Source of the DNA: Thermoproteota archaeon
GTDB taxonomy: Archaea > Korarchaeota > Korarchaeia > Korarchaeales > Korarchaeaceae
Reading direction: 5' to 3'
Assembly (NCBI GenBank): GCA_027491415.1
Contig: JAOZFH010000050.1
Location: forward strand, 1-64,000
DNA length: 64,000 bases
Shown: positions 9,231 through 18,989 of the stretch, piece after piece
Layout: the number at the start of each line of letters is the position of its first letter
How positions within the stretch are numbered: position 1 is the stretch's first letter
Made by a program: the position numbers and the translations under genes
Notes under the pieces: generated by a model
The model's input: only the letters and a program-made list of their open reading frames with translations
What the model was told of the DNA's origin: nothing
The model's database searches: none

Positions 9231-9944
9231 TTGGGCAGGGATAGTCGGCCGCTCCTAGTTGGGCACAGGGCAAACACCCTGGCCAAGCTGAGCAGGTACC
9301 TGAGGCAGGGCGTCGACGCCGTGGAGATCGACCTCTATGAAGGGTTCATAGATCACGGGCCCGACTCGATCAAGCCAGCCACTTTGAGGGAGGCCATCTT
9401 CAGGAGGATCGCAGCGCTCGGCAACGGGGAGGGCCAGTCCGCCGAGGAGTTCCTATCGGGTGTTGAGGGGCGAATCCCCCTCGTTCTGGACCTCAAGTCG
9501 CCCAGGCTCACCGAGCAGATGATCACCCTCGTGGAGGCGGAGGCGAAGAGGGGGCTCATAATCACGTCGAAGTTTCACCCCCTACTGAGGGGGCTCTCTC
9601 GCCGCTTGGAGGGAGCAACCATTCTGGCTTCGATCCAGTGCCGCCCGGTGGACCCCCTTTCGATCGCCCGGTCCGCGGGGGCCCGGGGGCTGGCCGTGGA
9701 GGTTGGGTTCGTGGACGCCGAGCTCGTCCATACACTTCACTCCACGGGGATGCTGGTCGCGGCGTGGACCGTGAACGACGCCGATCAGGCCAGGCGCCTG
9801 GTTGAGCTGGGCGTCGACATGATAGTCACCGAGAGACCCGACCTGATCGGCCCGGTCGTCAGGGGGGAGGCCCCTAAGAGGTCCATAGGCCGGGAGATAT
9901 ACAGAAGGCTGACGTCCTCGAGACAGCTGGCGGCGATGGACTGA
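9231..9944 (+). CDS. Glycerophosphodiester phosphodiesterase family
   Basis: VGHRA, VEID, LDLK, AWTVND, GVDMIVTERP. Confidence 0.85.
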   Translation: MGRDSRPLLVGHRANTLAKLSRYLRQGVDAVEIDLYEGFIDHGPDSIKPATLREAIFRRIAALGNGEGQSAEEFLSGVEGRIPLVLDLKSPRLTEQMITLVEAEAKRGLIITSKFHPLLRGLSRRLEGATILASIQCRPVDPLSIARSAGARGLAVEVGFVDAELVHTLHSTGMLVAAWTVNDADQARRLVELGVDMIVTERPDLIGPVVRGEAPKRSIGREIYRRLTSSRQLAAMD

Positions 9945-10360
9945 TGGAGCGGAGGTCTCAGCTGGAGAGGATCAGGGTCGCTCTTGGCGTGGACGAGACC
10001 GAAGAGCGCCTGAGCCGCGAGCACTTCGGCGATTCAGACGCGTTCCTGCTCTACGACGTCTACAGGGACGGACGCGTGGAGTTCGTCGAGAGGCGCCCCA
10101 ACTCGGTCCGGGACGTGGAGGAGAGAGAGCACGGAGATTCGAGAAAGTTCAGGGCCGTTGCGAGGCTACTGTCCGACGTGGATGTGTTCCTCGCGGCCAG
10201 AATGGGCCCGAACTACCTCAGGATCAGGCGGTCCGGGCGCTATCCAATGGTGATAGGATTCGCCAGCGTCGACGAGGCCCTCCGCACCCTGCTCGACAGA
10301 ATCGAGGAGGTCTTCTCGGAGGTAGAGAGGCTGAGGCTGGGGTCGGGTTCGGAGAGGTGA
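9944..10360 (+). CDS. NifB/NifX (dinitrogenase FeMo-cofactor) domain protein
   Basis: 'HFGDSDAFLLY', 'VERRPN', 'DVDVFLAARMGP'. Confidence 0.8.
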   Translation: MERRSQLERIRVALGVDETEERLSREHFGDSDAFLLYDVYRDGRVEFVERRPNSVRDVEEREHGDSRKFRAVARLLSDVDVFLAARMGPNYLRIRRSGRYPMVIGFASVDEALRTLLDRIEEVFSEVERLRLGSGSER

Positions 10361-10371
10361 GTGGGCCGACC

Positions 10372-11355
10372 TCAGCCTTCCTGGACCGCCATCATTTCCC
10401 TGGCCCGCTCCAGGAAGCTCAGGAGCTCCTCCCTCGTTGGGCTCCCCCTGGTCTCCAGCCTGGTCGCCTTCAGAGCCCCGGCGGCGTTCGCCCTAACCAG
10501 CGATTCCGCGTCGTCCAGGTCCTCGTACTTCGAGGCCGCCAGGGCGCCGATGAAGGCGTCCCCGCACCCGACCGTGTTGACCACCCTCATCCCCAGCCTT
10601 TCCAAGGAGGGAGCGCCCACACTGACCCACCTGCCCGTGGAGGTGTCCACCAGCATGGAACCCCTCGCCCCGAGCTTCACGATGAACTTGGCCCCCGGGG
10701 ACACCTCGGCCATCTTGGAGGCTATTGAGGACGGATCGGAGGATCCGAGCAGGTTTCTCGTCTCCACCTCGTTGAGGACGAAGTAGTCCACGCTCCCCAT
10801 CACCCGAGCCAGCTCCCGCAGTCCACGGTCCACGTAAACCCCGGGGTCCCAGATCACCGTAGCCTCAGACTCCCTGGCGAGCTTGGCGAGGGCGTCGGCC
10901 GCCTCCAGGGGCGGGTCCATTATGACGACGACCCTGCACCTCTCGACGATCTCCCTGACGGGATCGCTCTTGACGTACTCAGCGTCGACCCTCAGGTTCG
11001 CGCCGAAGTAGGTGTGGATGACGTTCTGACCGGTCGAGTCCACCACTATGTAGGCCTGGCCCGACTCCTCGTCCTCGATCACCTTTATCGCGTCCGTGAT
11101 GATGCCCTCCCTCCGCAGCTCCTCGATCTGTCGATTCGCTATCTCGTCACCCCCAAGCGCCCCCAGGAAGGCCACTCTGTCCGGGCCGAGGATCCTGGCG
11201 GCGGCCACGGCTACGTTGGCGGCCGTTCCGCCGGGGACCCTCTCTATCCTCTCGACCCTGACCTCCTCCCCCGGCTCGGGGAACCTCCTCACGAACAGGC
11301 TTACGTCCCAGTTTATCGCCCCGCAGGTTGCAAGGAGGCCTCCCATCGAGATCAC
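10372..11355 (-). CDS. PfkB-family (ribokinase-like) sugar kinase
   Basis: PGGTAANVAVAAA, LNEVE, NTVGCGDAF. Confidence 0.9.
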   Translation of the reverse strand: MISMGGLLATCGAINWDVSLFVRRFPEPGEEVRVERIERVPGGTAANVAVAAARILGPDRVAFLGALGGDEIANRQIEELRREGIITDAIKVIEDEESGQAYIVVDSTGQNVIHTYFGANLRVDAEYVKSDPVREIVERCRVVVIMDPPLEAADALAKLARESEATVIWDPGVYVDRGLRELARVMGSVDYFVLNEVETRNLLGSSDPSSIASKMAEVSPGAKFIVKLGARGSMLVDTSTGRWVSVGAPSLERLGMRVVNTVGCGDAFIGALAASKYEDLDDAESLVRANAAGALKATRLETRGSPTREELLSFLERAREMMAVQEG

Positions 11356-11359
11356 CCCC

Positions 11360-12319
11360 TCAACCCAGCTCGAGGCCGGCCACCCTGTCCAGCAGGAGCC
11401 TCAGGAACTCCGGCCCGTCGACGTCCACGGCGACGTGGACGTTCGGTCTGCGCCTGGGGACCTCCGCGTCGAAGTCCCGGAAGTCCGCCACGGTCTCTCC
11501 CCTCGTGAGCTCTCCGCAGATCTCCACGTCCACGGGCAGCAGCTCGAACGTCAGCAGGTCCGGGAGGATTACGGAGGCGACGGCCATCGGGTCGTGCATG
11601 GGCGCGTAGCCCACGGCGTCCACGTAGGCCCCGAGGATGGCGTGGACGAACCTCCCTACCTCGTCGGGGGACTCCGCGAGGCGCTCGTAGAGTTCCCTCG
11701 AGATCGCGGCGTCCCGCCGAGTGGTCACGTCCAGCCCGACCGCGTAGACCCTGGCGCCCGAGTTGTAGACCACCTTGGCCGCCACGGGGTCAAACCAGAC
11801 GTTGAACTCGCTCCTGGGGGAGCTGTTTCCGGTGCCCTGCCTCCCCGTGCAGAAGGCGCCGCCCATGGAGACTATCGCGGACAGCCTCTCGGCCAGGTCC
11901 GGCTCGATGAGCAGGCTCAGGGCCGCGTTGGTCATGGGGGCCGTGGTGATCAGCGTGACCTCCCTCGGCCCCTCTTCTCTGACCACCCTCCTGATGAAGT
12001 CCACCGCGTGCTCTTTTCTCGGTCTAGTGGACGGCTCTGGGACCTGAACGCCGCCAAGGCCGCCGGCTCCGTGGAACCTCTCCCCGACGCTCCACGTGCC
12101 CGGCGTCACCGGTCCCCTCGCACCCGGATGCACGGGGACGTCCGTCCTGTTGAGGAGCTCGAGCACGTGCAGCGTGTTCTTGGTGGCCTTCTCCACGTCG
12201 ACGTTCCCGGTGACGGTGGTGATCCCCAGGACCTCCAGCTCGGGCGACCTGAGCGCGAGGATCACGGCAACGGCGTCGTCTACGCCGGTGTCGACGTCTA
12301 GGATCACCTTCTTGGCCAC
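11360..12319 (-). CDS. Inosine-uridine nucleoside hydrolase family
   Basis: LDVDTGVDDA, TVTGN, FHGAGGLG, SEFNVWFDP, MHDP. Start re-set to GTG 12319. Confidence 0.92.
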   Translation of the reverse strand: MAKKVILDVDTGVDDAVAVILALRSPELEVLGITTVTGNVDVEKATKNTLHVLELLNRTDVPVHPGARGPVTPGTWSVGERFHGAGGLGGVQVPEPSTRPRKEHAVDFIRRVVREEGPREVTLITTAPMTNAALSLLIEPDLAERLSAIVSMGGAFCTGRQGTGNSSPRSEFNVWFDPVAAKVVYNSGARVYAVGLDVTTRRDAAISRELYERLAESPDEVGRFVHAILGAYVDAVGYAPMHDPMAVASVILPDLLTFELLPVDVEICGELTRGETVADFRDFDAEVPRRRPNVHVAVDVDGPEFLRLLLDRVAGLELG

Positions 12320-12392
12320 TCCATCCACCGGCCGGGTTGTGGAGGTGTAGCGAAAAAGTATATCACGCAGCCCGCCCGATGGTTCCGAGAGC

Positions 12393-14036
12393 ATGGGCTC
12401 AACAAGCAGAAGGGGGCTCAGAGACCTCTTCAGGTTCAGCAGACTCGAAATCGCATTCTTGATCGTCGTCTACGCGGCCGGCGTTGCCCTGAGGCTCATC
12501 CCCAAGCTATCCGTCGACCCGCACCTGCCGGCCTTCATGGCAGACGTGTGGTACAGGATCTGCATGGCCCAGCACATCCTCGACCACTGGTCCCTTCCGG
12601 AGCCGGACATCAGGTACGCCCCCTACGGCTACGTTCCCATGTGGTACCCCCCGGGGTCCCCCTTCCTCCTCGCCCTCGCCGCTAGGCTCACTGGCCTTGA
12701 CATCCCCACCGTCGTGACCAGGCTCGTCCCGTTCGTGGAGGCTCTCTCCCCCCTCTCCCTCTACGTGCTAGGAAGAGAGATGTACGACCGCTGGGTCGGG
12801 GCGGCGGCGACGCTCATACTAGCCCTGACGCCGAACTTCGTCTACTTCACGGGCATCGCGGACCCGCAGTCCCTCACGATGTTCATTATACCCCTGCTCC
12901 TGGCGATGTGGTACAGGCACGCCTCCGACCCGTCCCGGGGAAACGTGCTCCTCGCGGGCCTCCTGATGGGTCTGAACTTCCTCTTCCACCTCTCATACTT
13001 CCTGGAGGCCCTCGACCTCATCGTGTTCAGCCTCGGGCTCTACCTCCAGGGCAAGGCGGGGAGGTGGATCTTCAGGGACCTCCTGGTGGCCATAGGGCTG
13101 TCTCAGCTGATCGCCGCGCCCTGGTGGCTGCCCAGGAACCTGTACTGGTGGTGGATCAAGGCCCTCACCACGTCAAGCGGCCTCCTCCCTCCAGAGGAGC
13201 AGATAGCCCTGTACGGCCCCTTCGCCGCGGCCATAGGGATAGCGGGGACGCTGCTGATCCTCGAGAGGTGGAGGGACCACCTCCCCGTCCTGCTGTGGAT
13301 CGTCCCCAACGCCATAGAGGCGGAGAACGAGGTCATCCTAAGCGCCCTCGGAGCCATACACCTGAGCTGGTCCACCCTTGCCAAGCCCCTCGAGGGGTAC
13401 AGGTTCTTCCCGTTCCTGGCCCAACCCCTGGCTCTGGCAGCCGGGGCGGCCCTCTTCTGGGGCCTCAGTCAGGCACCTAAGAGGAGGCGGCTGCTGGCCC
13501 TCGGACTGATCCTCGTGGGGGCGGGGATAGATCTCGCCCTCTACGACCTCGGGGGCAAGCTCACCAACGCCGGAATGACCGTGGATGAGTACAACGCGGC
13601 CGTCTGGTTCAGGGAGCACGCGGGCGAGTGGGCGAGGATCAGCGCCGACTACTACCGGGCGCAGATGTTCGCTGGGGTGTGCGGGGGTCGCGCGCTCCTG
13701 GGCGGGGCCTTCCCCCTCAGAAACGTGGACTACCCCTACATCAAGGCGCCAGGGAGGGTCCAAGACGATCTATACCGCATGTACTCCACCTGCAACGCGG
13801 CAGAGGCTTGGGCCATCGCGAGGAGGTACAACCTAACGCACATCTACTACTCGGACATGATGGTCTGGTACGGGAACATGATCTCGAGCCTCAACGGCTA
13901 CAAGTTTGGGGTAGAGATCTGCGAGGACAAGTTCCTGAAGTCCCCCTACTTCAGGGTGGTCTACGAGAGGGACACTCCGAGCGGCCGCGTGGTCATCGTT
14001 GAGGTGGTGGGCGCCACGCCGAGCTCAGGGCCCTGA
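12393..14036 (+). CDS. Multi-pass membrane protein, GT-C fold glycosyltransferase-like (PMT/STT3-like)
   Basis: First TM followed by a luminal 'DVWY' loop and 'YPPG', about 11-13 TMs, C-terminal soluble domain ('AAVWFREH', 'YNLTHIY'). Confidence 0.65.
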   Translation: MGSTSRRGLRDLFRFSRLEIAFLIVVYAAGVALRLIPKLSVDPHLPAFMADVWYRICMAQHILDHWSLPEPDIRYAPYGYVPMWYPPGSPFLLALAARLTGLDIPTVVTRLVPFVEALSPLSLYVLGREMYDRWVGAAATLILALTPNFVYFTGIADPQSLTMFIIPLLLAMWYRHASDPSRGNVLLAGLLMGLNFLFHLSYFLEALDLIVFSLGLYLQGKAGRWIFRDLLVAIGLSQLIAAPWWLPRNLYWWWIKALTTSSGLLPPEEQIALYGPFAAAIGIAGTLLILERWRDHLPVLLWIVPNAIEAENEVILSALGAIHLSWSTLAKPLEGYRFFPFLAQPLALAAGAALFWGLSQAPKRRRLLALGLILVGAGIDLALYDLGGKLTNAGMTVDEYNAAVWFREHAGEWARISADYYRAQMFAGVCGGRALLGGAFPLRNVDYPYIKAPGRVQDDLYRMYSTCNAAEAWAIARRYNLTHIYYSDMMVWYGNMISSLNGYKFGVEICEDKFLKSPYFRVVYERDTPSGRVVIVEVVGATPSSGP

Positions 14037-14472
14037 TCGCCAACCACGCGAGGGCGACCGCACCGGTCACCATGGGTGTGAGCCACACCCTCAGCCCGAC
14101 TCCCCGGAGCAGGAGCATGGCGGCCAGCGGCACGGTGAGCGGGGTGGACAGCTCCACCACTAGCAGGGTGGCGATGAGCCCCGGGCGCCTGAGCGAGTAG
14201 CCCCTCTGGTCAGCGTCGAGGGCGGCCAGGCCAACGACCGTGGCGGTGAGTCCGAGCCACGACCGAGTGAGCGCTTGAACCGCGTCCCCGGAGTAGGCCG
14301 CCAGGACGATCCACGACAGGCTGGAGAGAATGGAGTAAGGTCCGATCCAACCGGCCAACGCCGCGGCTGCGGAGGCCGCCGGGAGCGCCAAGGCTAAGGG
14401 AGGACACCACCTCAGACACGCCAACGCCACGACGGCGGAGCAGACGGCCGATAGCACCCTGAGCCTACGCAC
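13993..14472 (-). CDS. Membrane protein of the MoxR operon
   Basis: Several hydrophobic segments; overlaps the DUF58 stop. Confidence 0.6.
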   Translation of the reverse strand: MRRLRVLSAVCSAVVALACLRWCPPLALALPAASAAAALAGWIGPYSILSSLSWIVLAAYSGDAVQALTRSWLGLTATVVGLAALDADQRGYSLRRPGLIATLLVVELSTPLTVPLAAMLLLRGVGLRVWLTPMVTGAVALAWLAIRALSSAWRPPPQR

Positions 14473-15730
14473 CCAGCCTCACCCTCCTCCAGATCACCCC
14501 GAGATCGCTCTTCGGATTCCAATCGACCACCTCGGCGTACGGCTTGAGTTTAGCCAGCAGGAGACTCCTCTTCGTCTCGAGTATCTGGAAGGCCAGAGAG
14601 TTCGCCAGGTCAGGGCTCTCTGGGAGACTGAAGACGTTTGGCGAGGGTGATATCACCGTGACCCTCCTGCCGGCCGACGCCAGCCTCGCCACCGCGTCTA
14701 TCCAGTGCTCCCCCGTCAGGGGCGTTATGACGGCCACGTGCGTTCTGGGCCCAACGTGTACCGCTATGGACTCGGCGACCAAGGGGGCCGTCTCCGCGCC
14801 GCCCGAGGGATAGAGCACCGCCAGAGTCCTGCCGAGCTTGAGGAGCTGCCTGTTCCCCCAGTCAGGCCCCACCCACACGCCCGGGCCCCCGACGCTCGCC
14901 AGCCCGACCCTGAGTCCCGACCTCAGCGCCTCGTCCGCCAGGGCTATGGCGACCCTGGCCTCCACGTCCAACAGGGTGTCACCCTTGCCGTCGCCCACTC
15001 CTGTGGGGAGCGTGGAGTCTACGATTATCACTAGATCGGCCGCCTTCTCCGCCTCGTAATCGTTCGAGATCAGCTGGCCAAGACGCGCCGTGGCCTTCCA
15101 GTTGATGGACCTCATGGGGTCCCCCGGAACGTACTCCCTCAGGGCGTAGAACTCGGTCCCCATGCCCGGCGCGTCAGATGGCGACCTCCCGAGGAGGGGC
15201 TTCACGCCCTTGGCCTCGGTCCTCAGCCCTCCCGCCCTGACCAGCGAGGGCATGACGGAGAGGTACCCCCTGCACTCGATGCTCCTCCATCGCTCGAATA
15301 TCCCCAGTGGATCCCTGAAGCCAACTCGAACCCATCTGAACTTCCAGAAGCCCCTCATGGTCCTAAGCGAGTAGTCCAGCTCGACCCGGCCTGCACCCCC
15401 AACCAGTGCCGCCCACGTCCCGGATTCCACCTCCCCCCGAGGGGGGAGGTCGTCTTCCACGGCGGCCGCGACTCCCCCCTCGAACTCCAATTCTACCCTC
15501 ACGTCGACCCGCTCTCCCTCGGCGACGACGTCCCTGTCGATCCTCCTCTCCGCCCTGACCTCTCGGGGGGTGGAGAGGACGAGGGCGACGACCAGCAGGA
15601 TCAGCGGGGGAGCCGCGGCGGCGAGCAGGCGCCACCTGAAGGTCGCTATGGCCAGACCGGTGAGCACGATCGGCGCCAGCAGCAGGGGTCCCGCCGACGG
15701 ACCCAGAGAGAGCGGAGGCTCCTCACTCAA
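14465..15730 (-). CDS. DUF58 (vWA-like) protein
   Basis: RDPLGIF and EFYALREYVPGDPMRSINWKATAR signature. Confidence 0.92.
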   Translation of the reverse strand: MSEEPPLSLGPSAGPLLLAPIVLTGLAIATFRWRLLAAAAPPLILLVVALVLSTPREVRAERRIDRDVVAEGERVDVRVELEFEGGVAAAVEDDLPPRGEVESGTWAALVGGAGRVELDYSLRTMRGFWKFRWVRVGFRDPLGIFERWRSIECRGYLSVMPSLVRAGGLRTEAKGVKPLLGRSPSDAPGMGTEFYALREYVPGDPMRSINWKATARLGQLISNDYEAEKAADLVIIVDSTLPTGVGDGKGDTLLDVEARVAIALADEALRSGLRVGLASVGGPGVWVGPDWGNRQLLKLGRTLAVLYPSGGAETAPLVAESIAVHVGPRTHVAVITPLTGEHWIDAVARLASAGRRVTVISPSPNVFSLPESPDLANSLAFQILETKRSLLLAKLKPYAEVVDWNPKSDLGVIWRRVRLGA

Positions 15731-16673
15731 ACTTGGGGACCTCCACCTGCCTCAAGACGGACGCCACCACCGACTCCTGCGTCACCCTGGTGTACCAGAG
15801 CTCCCTCTTCAGTATGAGCCTGTGCGCCAGCGCGGGTATCGCGATCCGCTTGACGTCGTCGGGTGTGACGAAGTCCCTGCCGTCCATGGCCGCCAAAGCC
15901 CTGGAGAGCTTCAGCAGGGCCAGAGTCCCCCTAGGACTGGCTCCGAGCTCTACCTCCGGCACGTCCCTGGTCTTGCGCACGACCCTCGTCATGTAGCGGA
16001 GTATCGACTCGTCCACGTGGACTGACTCGACCGCCTCCTGCATCTCCAAGAACTCCCCCCTGCCTATCACCGGCTCCACTGACGCCTCGTCGGACCTCCT
16101 GGAGAGCCTCCTCCTGAGGATCTCCACCTCCTCTTCCTCGCTCGGGTACCCCACCCGGAGGCGGACCAGGAACCTGTCGACCTGGGCCGCCGGCAGGGGG
16201 TACGTGCCCTCGAATTCTATGGGGTTCTGTGTGGCGATCACCATGAAGGGCCTGTCGAGCCTGTGGGTCTCCCCCTCGATGGTCACCTGCAGCTCCTGCA
16301 TGGCCTCCAGAAGCGCGGACTGGGTCTTCGGGGGGGCCCTGTTGATCTCGTCCGCCAGGACTATGTTGGCGAACACGGGCCCCCTCCTGAGCTTGAAGTC
16401 CCCCACGGACTGGTCGAAGACGTACGTCCCGGTTATGTCGGCCGGCAGGAGGTCCGGTGTGAACTGAATCCTCGAGAACCCGAGCCTCATGGCCCCGGCC
16501 AGCGTCTTCGCCATCAGCGTCTTGGCGAGGCCGGGCACGTCCTCGATGAGGACATGGCCCTGGGACAGGGCGCAGGCCATGAGGACCTCTAAGACATCTC
16601 TCTTTCCGACTATCACCTTGGAGACCTCGTCGAGCACCGCTCCAACCCTGTCTCGGACCTGTTCAACCTCCAA
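15723..16673 (-). CDS. moxR: MoxR-family AAA+ ATPase
   Basis: EDVPGLAKT, RIQFTPDLLPAD, LADEINRAPPKTQSALLEAM, ATQNPIE, GASPRG. Confidence 0.96.
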   Translation of the reverse strand: MEVEQVRDRVGAVLDEVSKVIVGKRDVLEVLMACALSQGHVLIEDVPGLAKTLMAKTLAGAMRLGFSRIQFTPDLLPADITGTYVFDQSVGDFKLRRGPVFANIVLADEINRAPPKTQSALLEAMQELQVTIEGETHRLDRPFMVIATQNPIEFEGTYPLPAAQVDRFLVRLRVGYPSEEEEVEILRRRLSRRSDEASVEPVIGRGEFLEMQEAVESVHVDESILRYMTRVVRKTRDVPEVELGASPRGTLALLKLSRALAAMDGRDFVTPDDVKRIAIPALAHRLILKRELWYTRVTQESVVASVLRQVEVPKFE

Positions 16674-17103
16674 TCACCTCACCTCCGTCTGACTCCGCGC
16701 TCGGTCGCCCGCCCCGGAGGCCTCGAATCTTGGCTAGCCAGGACTCCAGGACGGTCGCCAGATCGCCCTCCAGCAACCCCGTCCTGACGGCCTCGATTTC
16801 TGACCGTGAGAGGCCGGCCTCCCTGGCCAGGTCGGCGACCTCATCCGCGACGATCCTGCGAGATTGCCTAGATCCCTTCAGGGCAGATCTTACCACCTCT
16901 GAGAGGACGAGCAGCCTGTTTCCCGGCGCGACCGGGAACTCTCGGGTGGACCTGCCGCGGGGCGGCGGGAGCAGAGATAGCGCGGTCACCCCTGTCCAGA
17001 CGGTCAGGATCAGCAGCGCAAGCCACCTGACGAAGAAGTGCACGGGAGCGGAGGCAGCCAGCGCCAGTAGGAAGATCAGGGCAATCTCAAGCCTGAGCCT
17101 CAT
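16663..17103 (-). CDS. Hypothetical 2-TM protein of the MoxR operon
   Basis: Start re-set to ATG 17103 (MRLRLEIALIF...); overlaps both neighbours. Confidence 0.65.
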   Translation of the reverse strand: MRLRLEIALIFLLALAASAPVHFFVRWLALLILTVWTGVTALSLLPPPRGRSTREFPVAPGNRLLVLSEVVRSALKGSRQSRRIVADEVADLAREAGLSRSEIEAVRTGLLEGDLATVLESWLAKIRGLRGGRPSAESDGGEVIGG

Positions 17104-17981
17104 CACCCTCGCCCCCTCCTGACCGCCTCTGAGAGCCTCCTCGCCAGCTCGGCATGTTCGGGGTTCACGGGCCTTCTGCTGTACCGAGCGAGCTCGAACA
17201 GCCGCTCCAGGTCGGACAGGGGTGAGGCCTCCGGCAGGCCCATGCGCCTGACCTGCTCGAGGTGCTCTCTCGGCGTCCAGCTGGGCTTCATCGGGACGCC
17301 CTGACCGCGCAAGTGCTCTACCGCAGATCTGTAGGACTCTATGACCTGTAGGCGGGCTCCCTCCCACCGCCTCCTGGGCCATACCCTCCTGCTCCCATCT
17401 TTTGCGACTCTCTCTCGTTCCTCGCGTCCTGACAGACGTCCAGCGAGCCCGCCGAAGAGCGAGACACCCGGCCTCAGGAGGGTGACGACGGAGAACGCCA
17501 GAACCGCCAGCCCGATCGCGATGGCCGCCCACAGAACGAGCGACGCACCCGCCCGGGAGGCGCCAGGAGAAGCCGGGACGCCCAGAGATGGGATGGGCGG
17601 GTTTGAGAGCCAGTCGGGGGGTATGAAGCCCCTCCCCTCTCCGGAGGCCTTCAGTCCCTCATACTCCCCCGGATTCGACAGGTATAGGGCGGCCAGGATG
17701 AGGGCCAGCGACAGCAGCGACGTCAGGGCCCTCACCCAGCTCGTCCGGCCACCGGCCTGGAGGACCCCCACGTTCCTCGCGGCGGTCAGGGCGAGGGATG
17801 CCAGCGCCAAGGCCCAGATGGCCCCCGCAGCTACGAGGAGCCTGTTGGGCGCCTTTTCTCCACCCTGCCTTGGGGTGAGGGGCTCTGACAACCTTGGAGC
17901 CCCCACCTCTGCCGCCGAGGCAAGCAGGAGGCCCGCCGCGAGCAGGGCGAGGCCCACCCGCCAAGTTGCCGCCAGCATCAA
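17103..17981 (-). CDS. DUF4129-domain membrane protein
   Basis: C-terminal 'VIESYR...SWTPREH...LERLFELARYS' DUF4129 motif; typical MoxR-operon member. Confidence 0.8.
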   Translation of the reverse strand: MMLAATWRVGLALLAAGLLLASAAEVGAPRLSEPLTPRQGGEKAPNRLLVAAGAIWALALASLALTAARNVGVLQAGGRTSWVRALTSLLSLALILAALYLSNPGEYEGLKASGEGRGFIPPDWLSNPPIPSLGVPASPGASRAGASLVLWAAIAIGLAVLAFSVVTLLRPGVSLFGGLAGRLSGREERERVAKDGSRRVWPRRRWEGARLQVIESYRSAVEHLRGQGVPMKPSWTPREHLEQVRRMGLPEASPLSDLERLFELARYSRRPVNPEHAELARRLSEAVRRGRG

Positions 17982-18036
17982 CGAGCACCATCCTCTGGCC
18001 CGACCGCGGGGGGCCGGTCTCCTCCAGGCCCAGGGG

Positions 18037-18555
18037 TTACTTCCCCGATACGACGAACTCGCAGTACTCGTCGCCCTTTGCCAGGCAGGAGGTCTCTTTC
18101 GACACCATGCGGTGGCCGAACCTCGCGGACAGGAATCCTGCGAGCAGCCCCGCTATCAGGTGGCACACCCCCTCCGAGGGCTTGGCGGGGTAGTTCTCGG
18201 CGTAGGTCCCCCAGGCCCTGACGATCGACCCAGGGGGAGAATGGGTTATCCTCACAACATCCATCCTGGAGGCCCACCCGGCCAGGGAGGCCCACCCGGC
18301 CAGCTCCCGGAGGGCCGACTCGTGATCCTCCAAGTCGGAGTACCTCTCTGCGAGGTCCCTGCCGACGGACAATCCAGCGTGGTAGAACGCGAGCTTGGCT
18401 GTCCTCGACCCCAGGACGGTCTCAACGGAGTGCTGGAGCTGGGCAATCGTGTCCTTCCCCATGAGGATGACCGGCCTGCCGAGGAGGGTCAGCCTACCTT
18501 CCTCGTCAAACTCCAGCACGCCGCGCGGAAACTCCCTGGCCATTACAGACTCCAC
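18037..18555 (-). CDS. V4R-domain protein
   Basis: 'FYHAGLSVG', 'LAGW', 'VCHLIAGLLAGF...ETSCLAKGDEYCEF' (V4R C-E-C-C Zn site). Confidence 0.9.
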   Translation of the reverse strand: MESVMAREFPRGVLEFDEEGRLTLLGRPVILMGKDTIAQLQHSVETVLGSRTAKLAFYHAGLSVGRDLAERYSDLEDHESALRELAGWASLAGWASRMDVVRITHSPPGSIVRAWGTYAENYPAKPSEGVCHLIAGLLAGFLSARFGHRMVSKETSCLAKGDEYCEFVVSGK

Positions 18556-18571
18556 CTCTGGAGGGGGCCTG

Positions 18572-18946
18572 TCAGAACTTGCTGGCGATCTCCCTGGCCA
18601 GCCTCCTCATCTCCACCAGGAGGAGGCCAAGCTTGACGTCGGCTGGAACCACGGACACGAGGATGGCCTCGGGACCGGCTTGCATGGCCACGACCCGTCC
18701 CTTGTCGCCGGCCACGACTATCTCGCTCAGGGGGCCTATACCCACCTCGCCGACCACCCTCTCGCTGACGCTGATCAGGGCGGCCTGGGTAGCTGCGAAG
18801 AGATCCTCGTCCACCTCTGGGGGAAGGTCTGCCACTATGACCAGCCCGTCGGCGCTTATCACGGCAGAGTAGAGAAGATCGGGGATTCTCCTCCTCATCT
18901 CCTTGATCAGGCTCTGAAGCTCCTCGGATATGGACAGAGGCTTCAC
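18572..18946 (-). CDS. Roadblock/LC7 (MglB-like) protein
   Basis: 'SAVISADGLVI', 'FAA..AAL', 'AGPEAIL', 'KLGLLLVEM'. Confidence 0.9.
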   Translation of the reverse strand: MKPLSISEELQSLIKEMRRRIPDLLYSAVISADGLVIVADLPPEVDEDLFAATQAALISVSERVVGEVGIGPLSEIVVAGDKGRVVAMQAGPEAILVSVVPADVKLGLLLVEMRRLAREIASKF

Positions 18947-18989
18947 CCCTGACCCTCGGCTCGGGGAAGGTTAAAACGTTAAGTCGGCG

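Noticed and set aside
9944-10360. NifX-like domain as evidence of nitrogen fixation
   Set aside because: Stand-alone NifB/NifX-domain proteins are common in non-diazotrophic archaea, and no nif genes are in the window.
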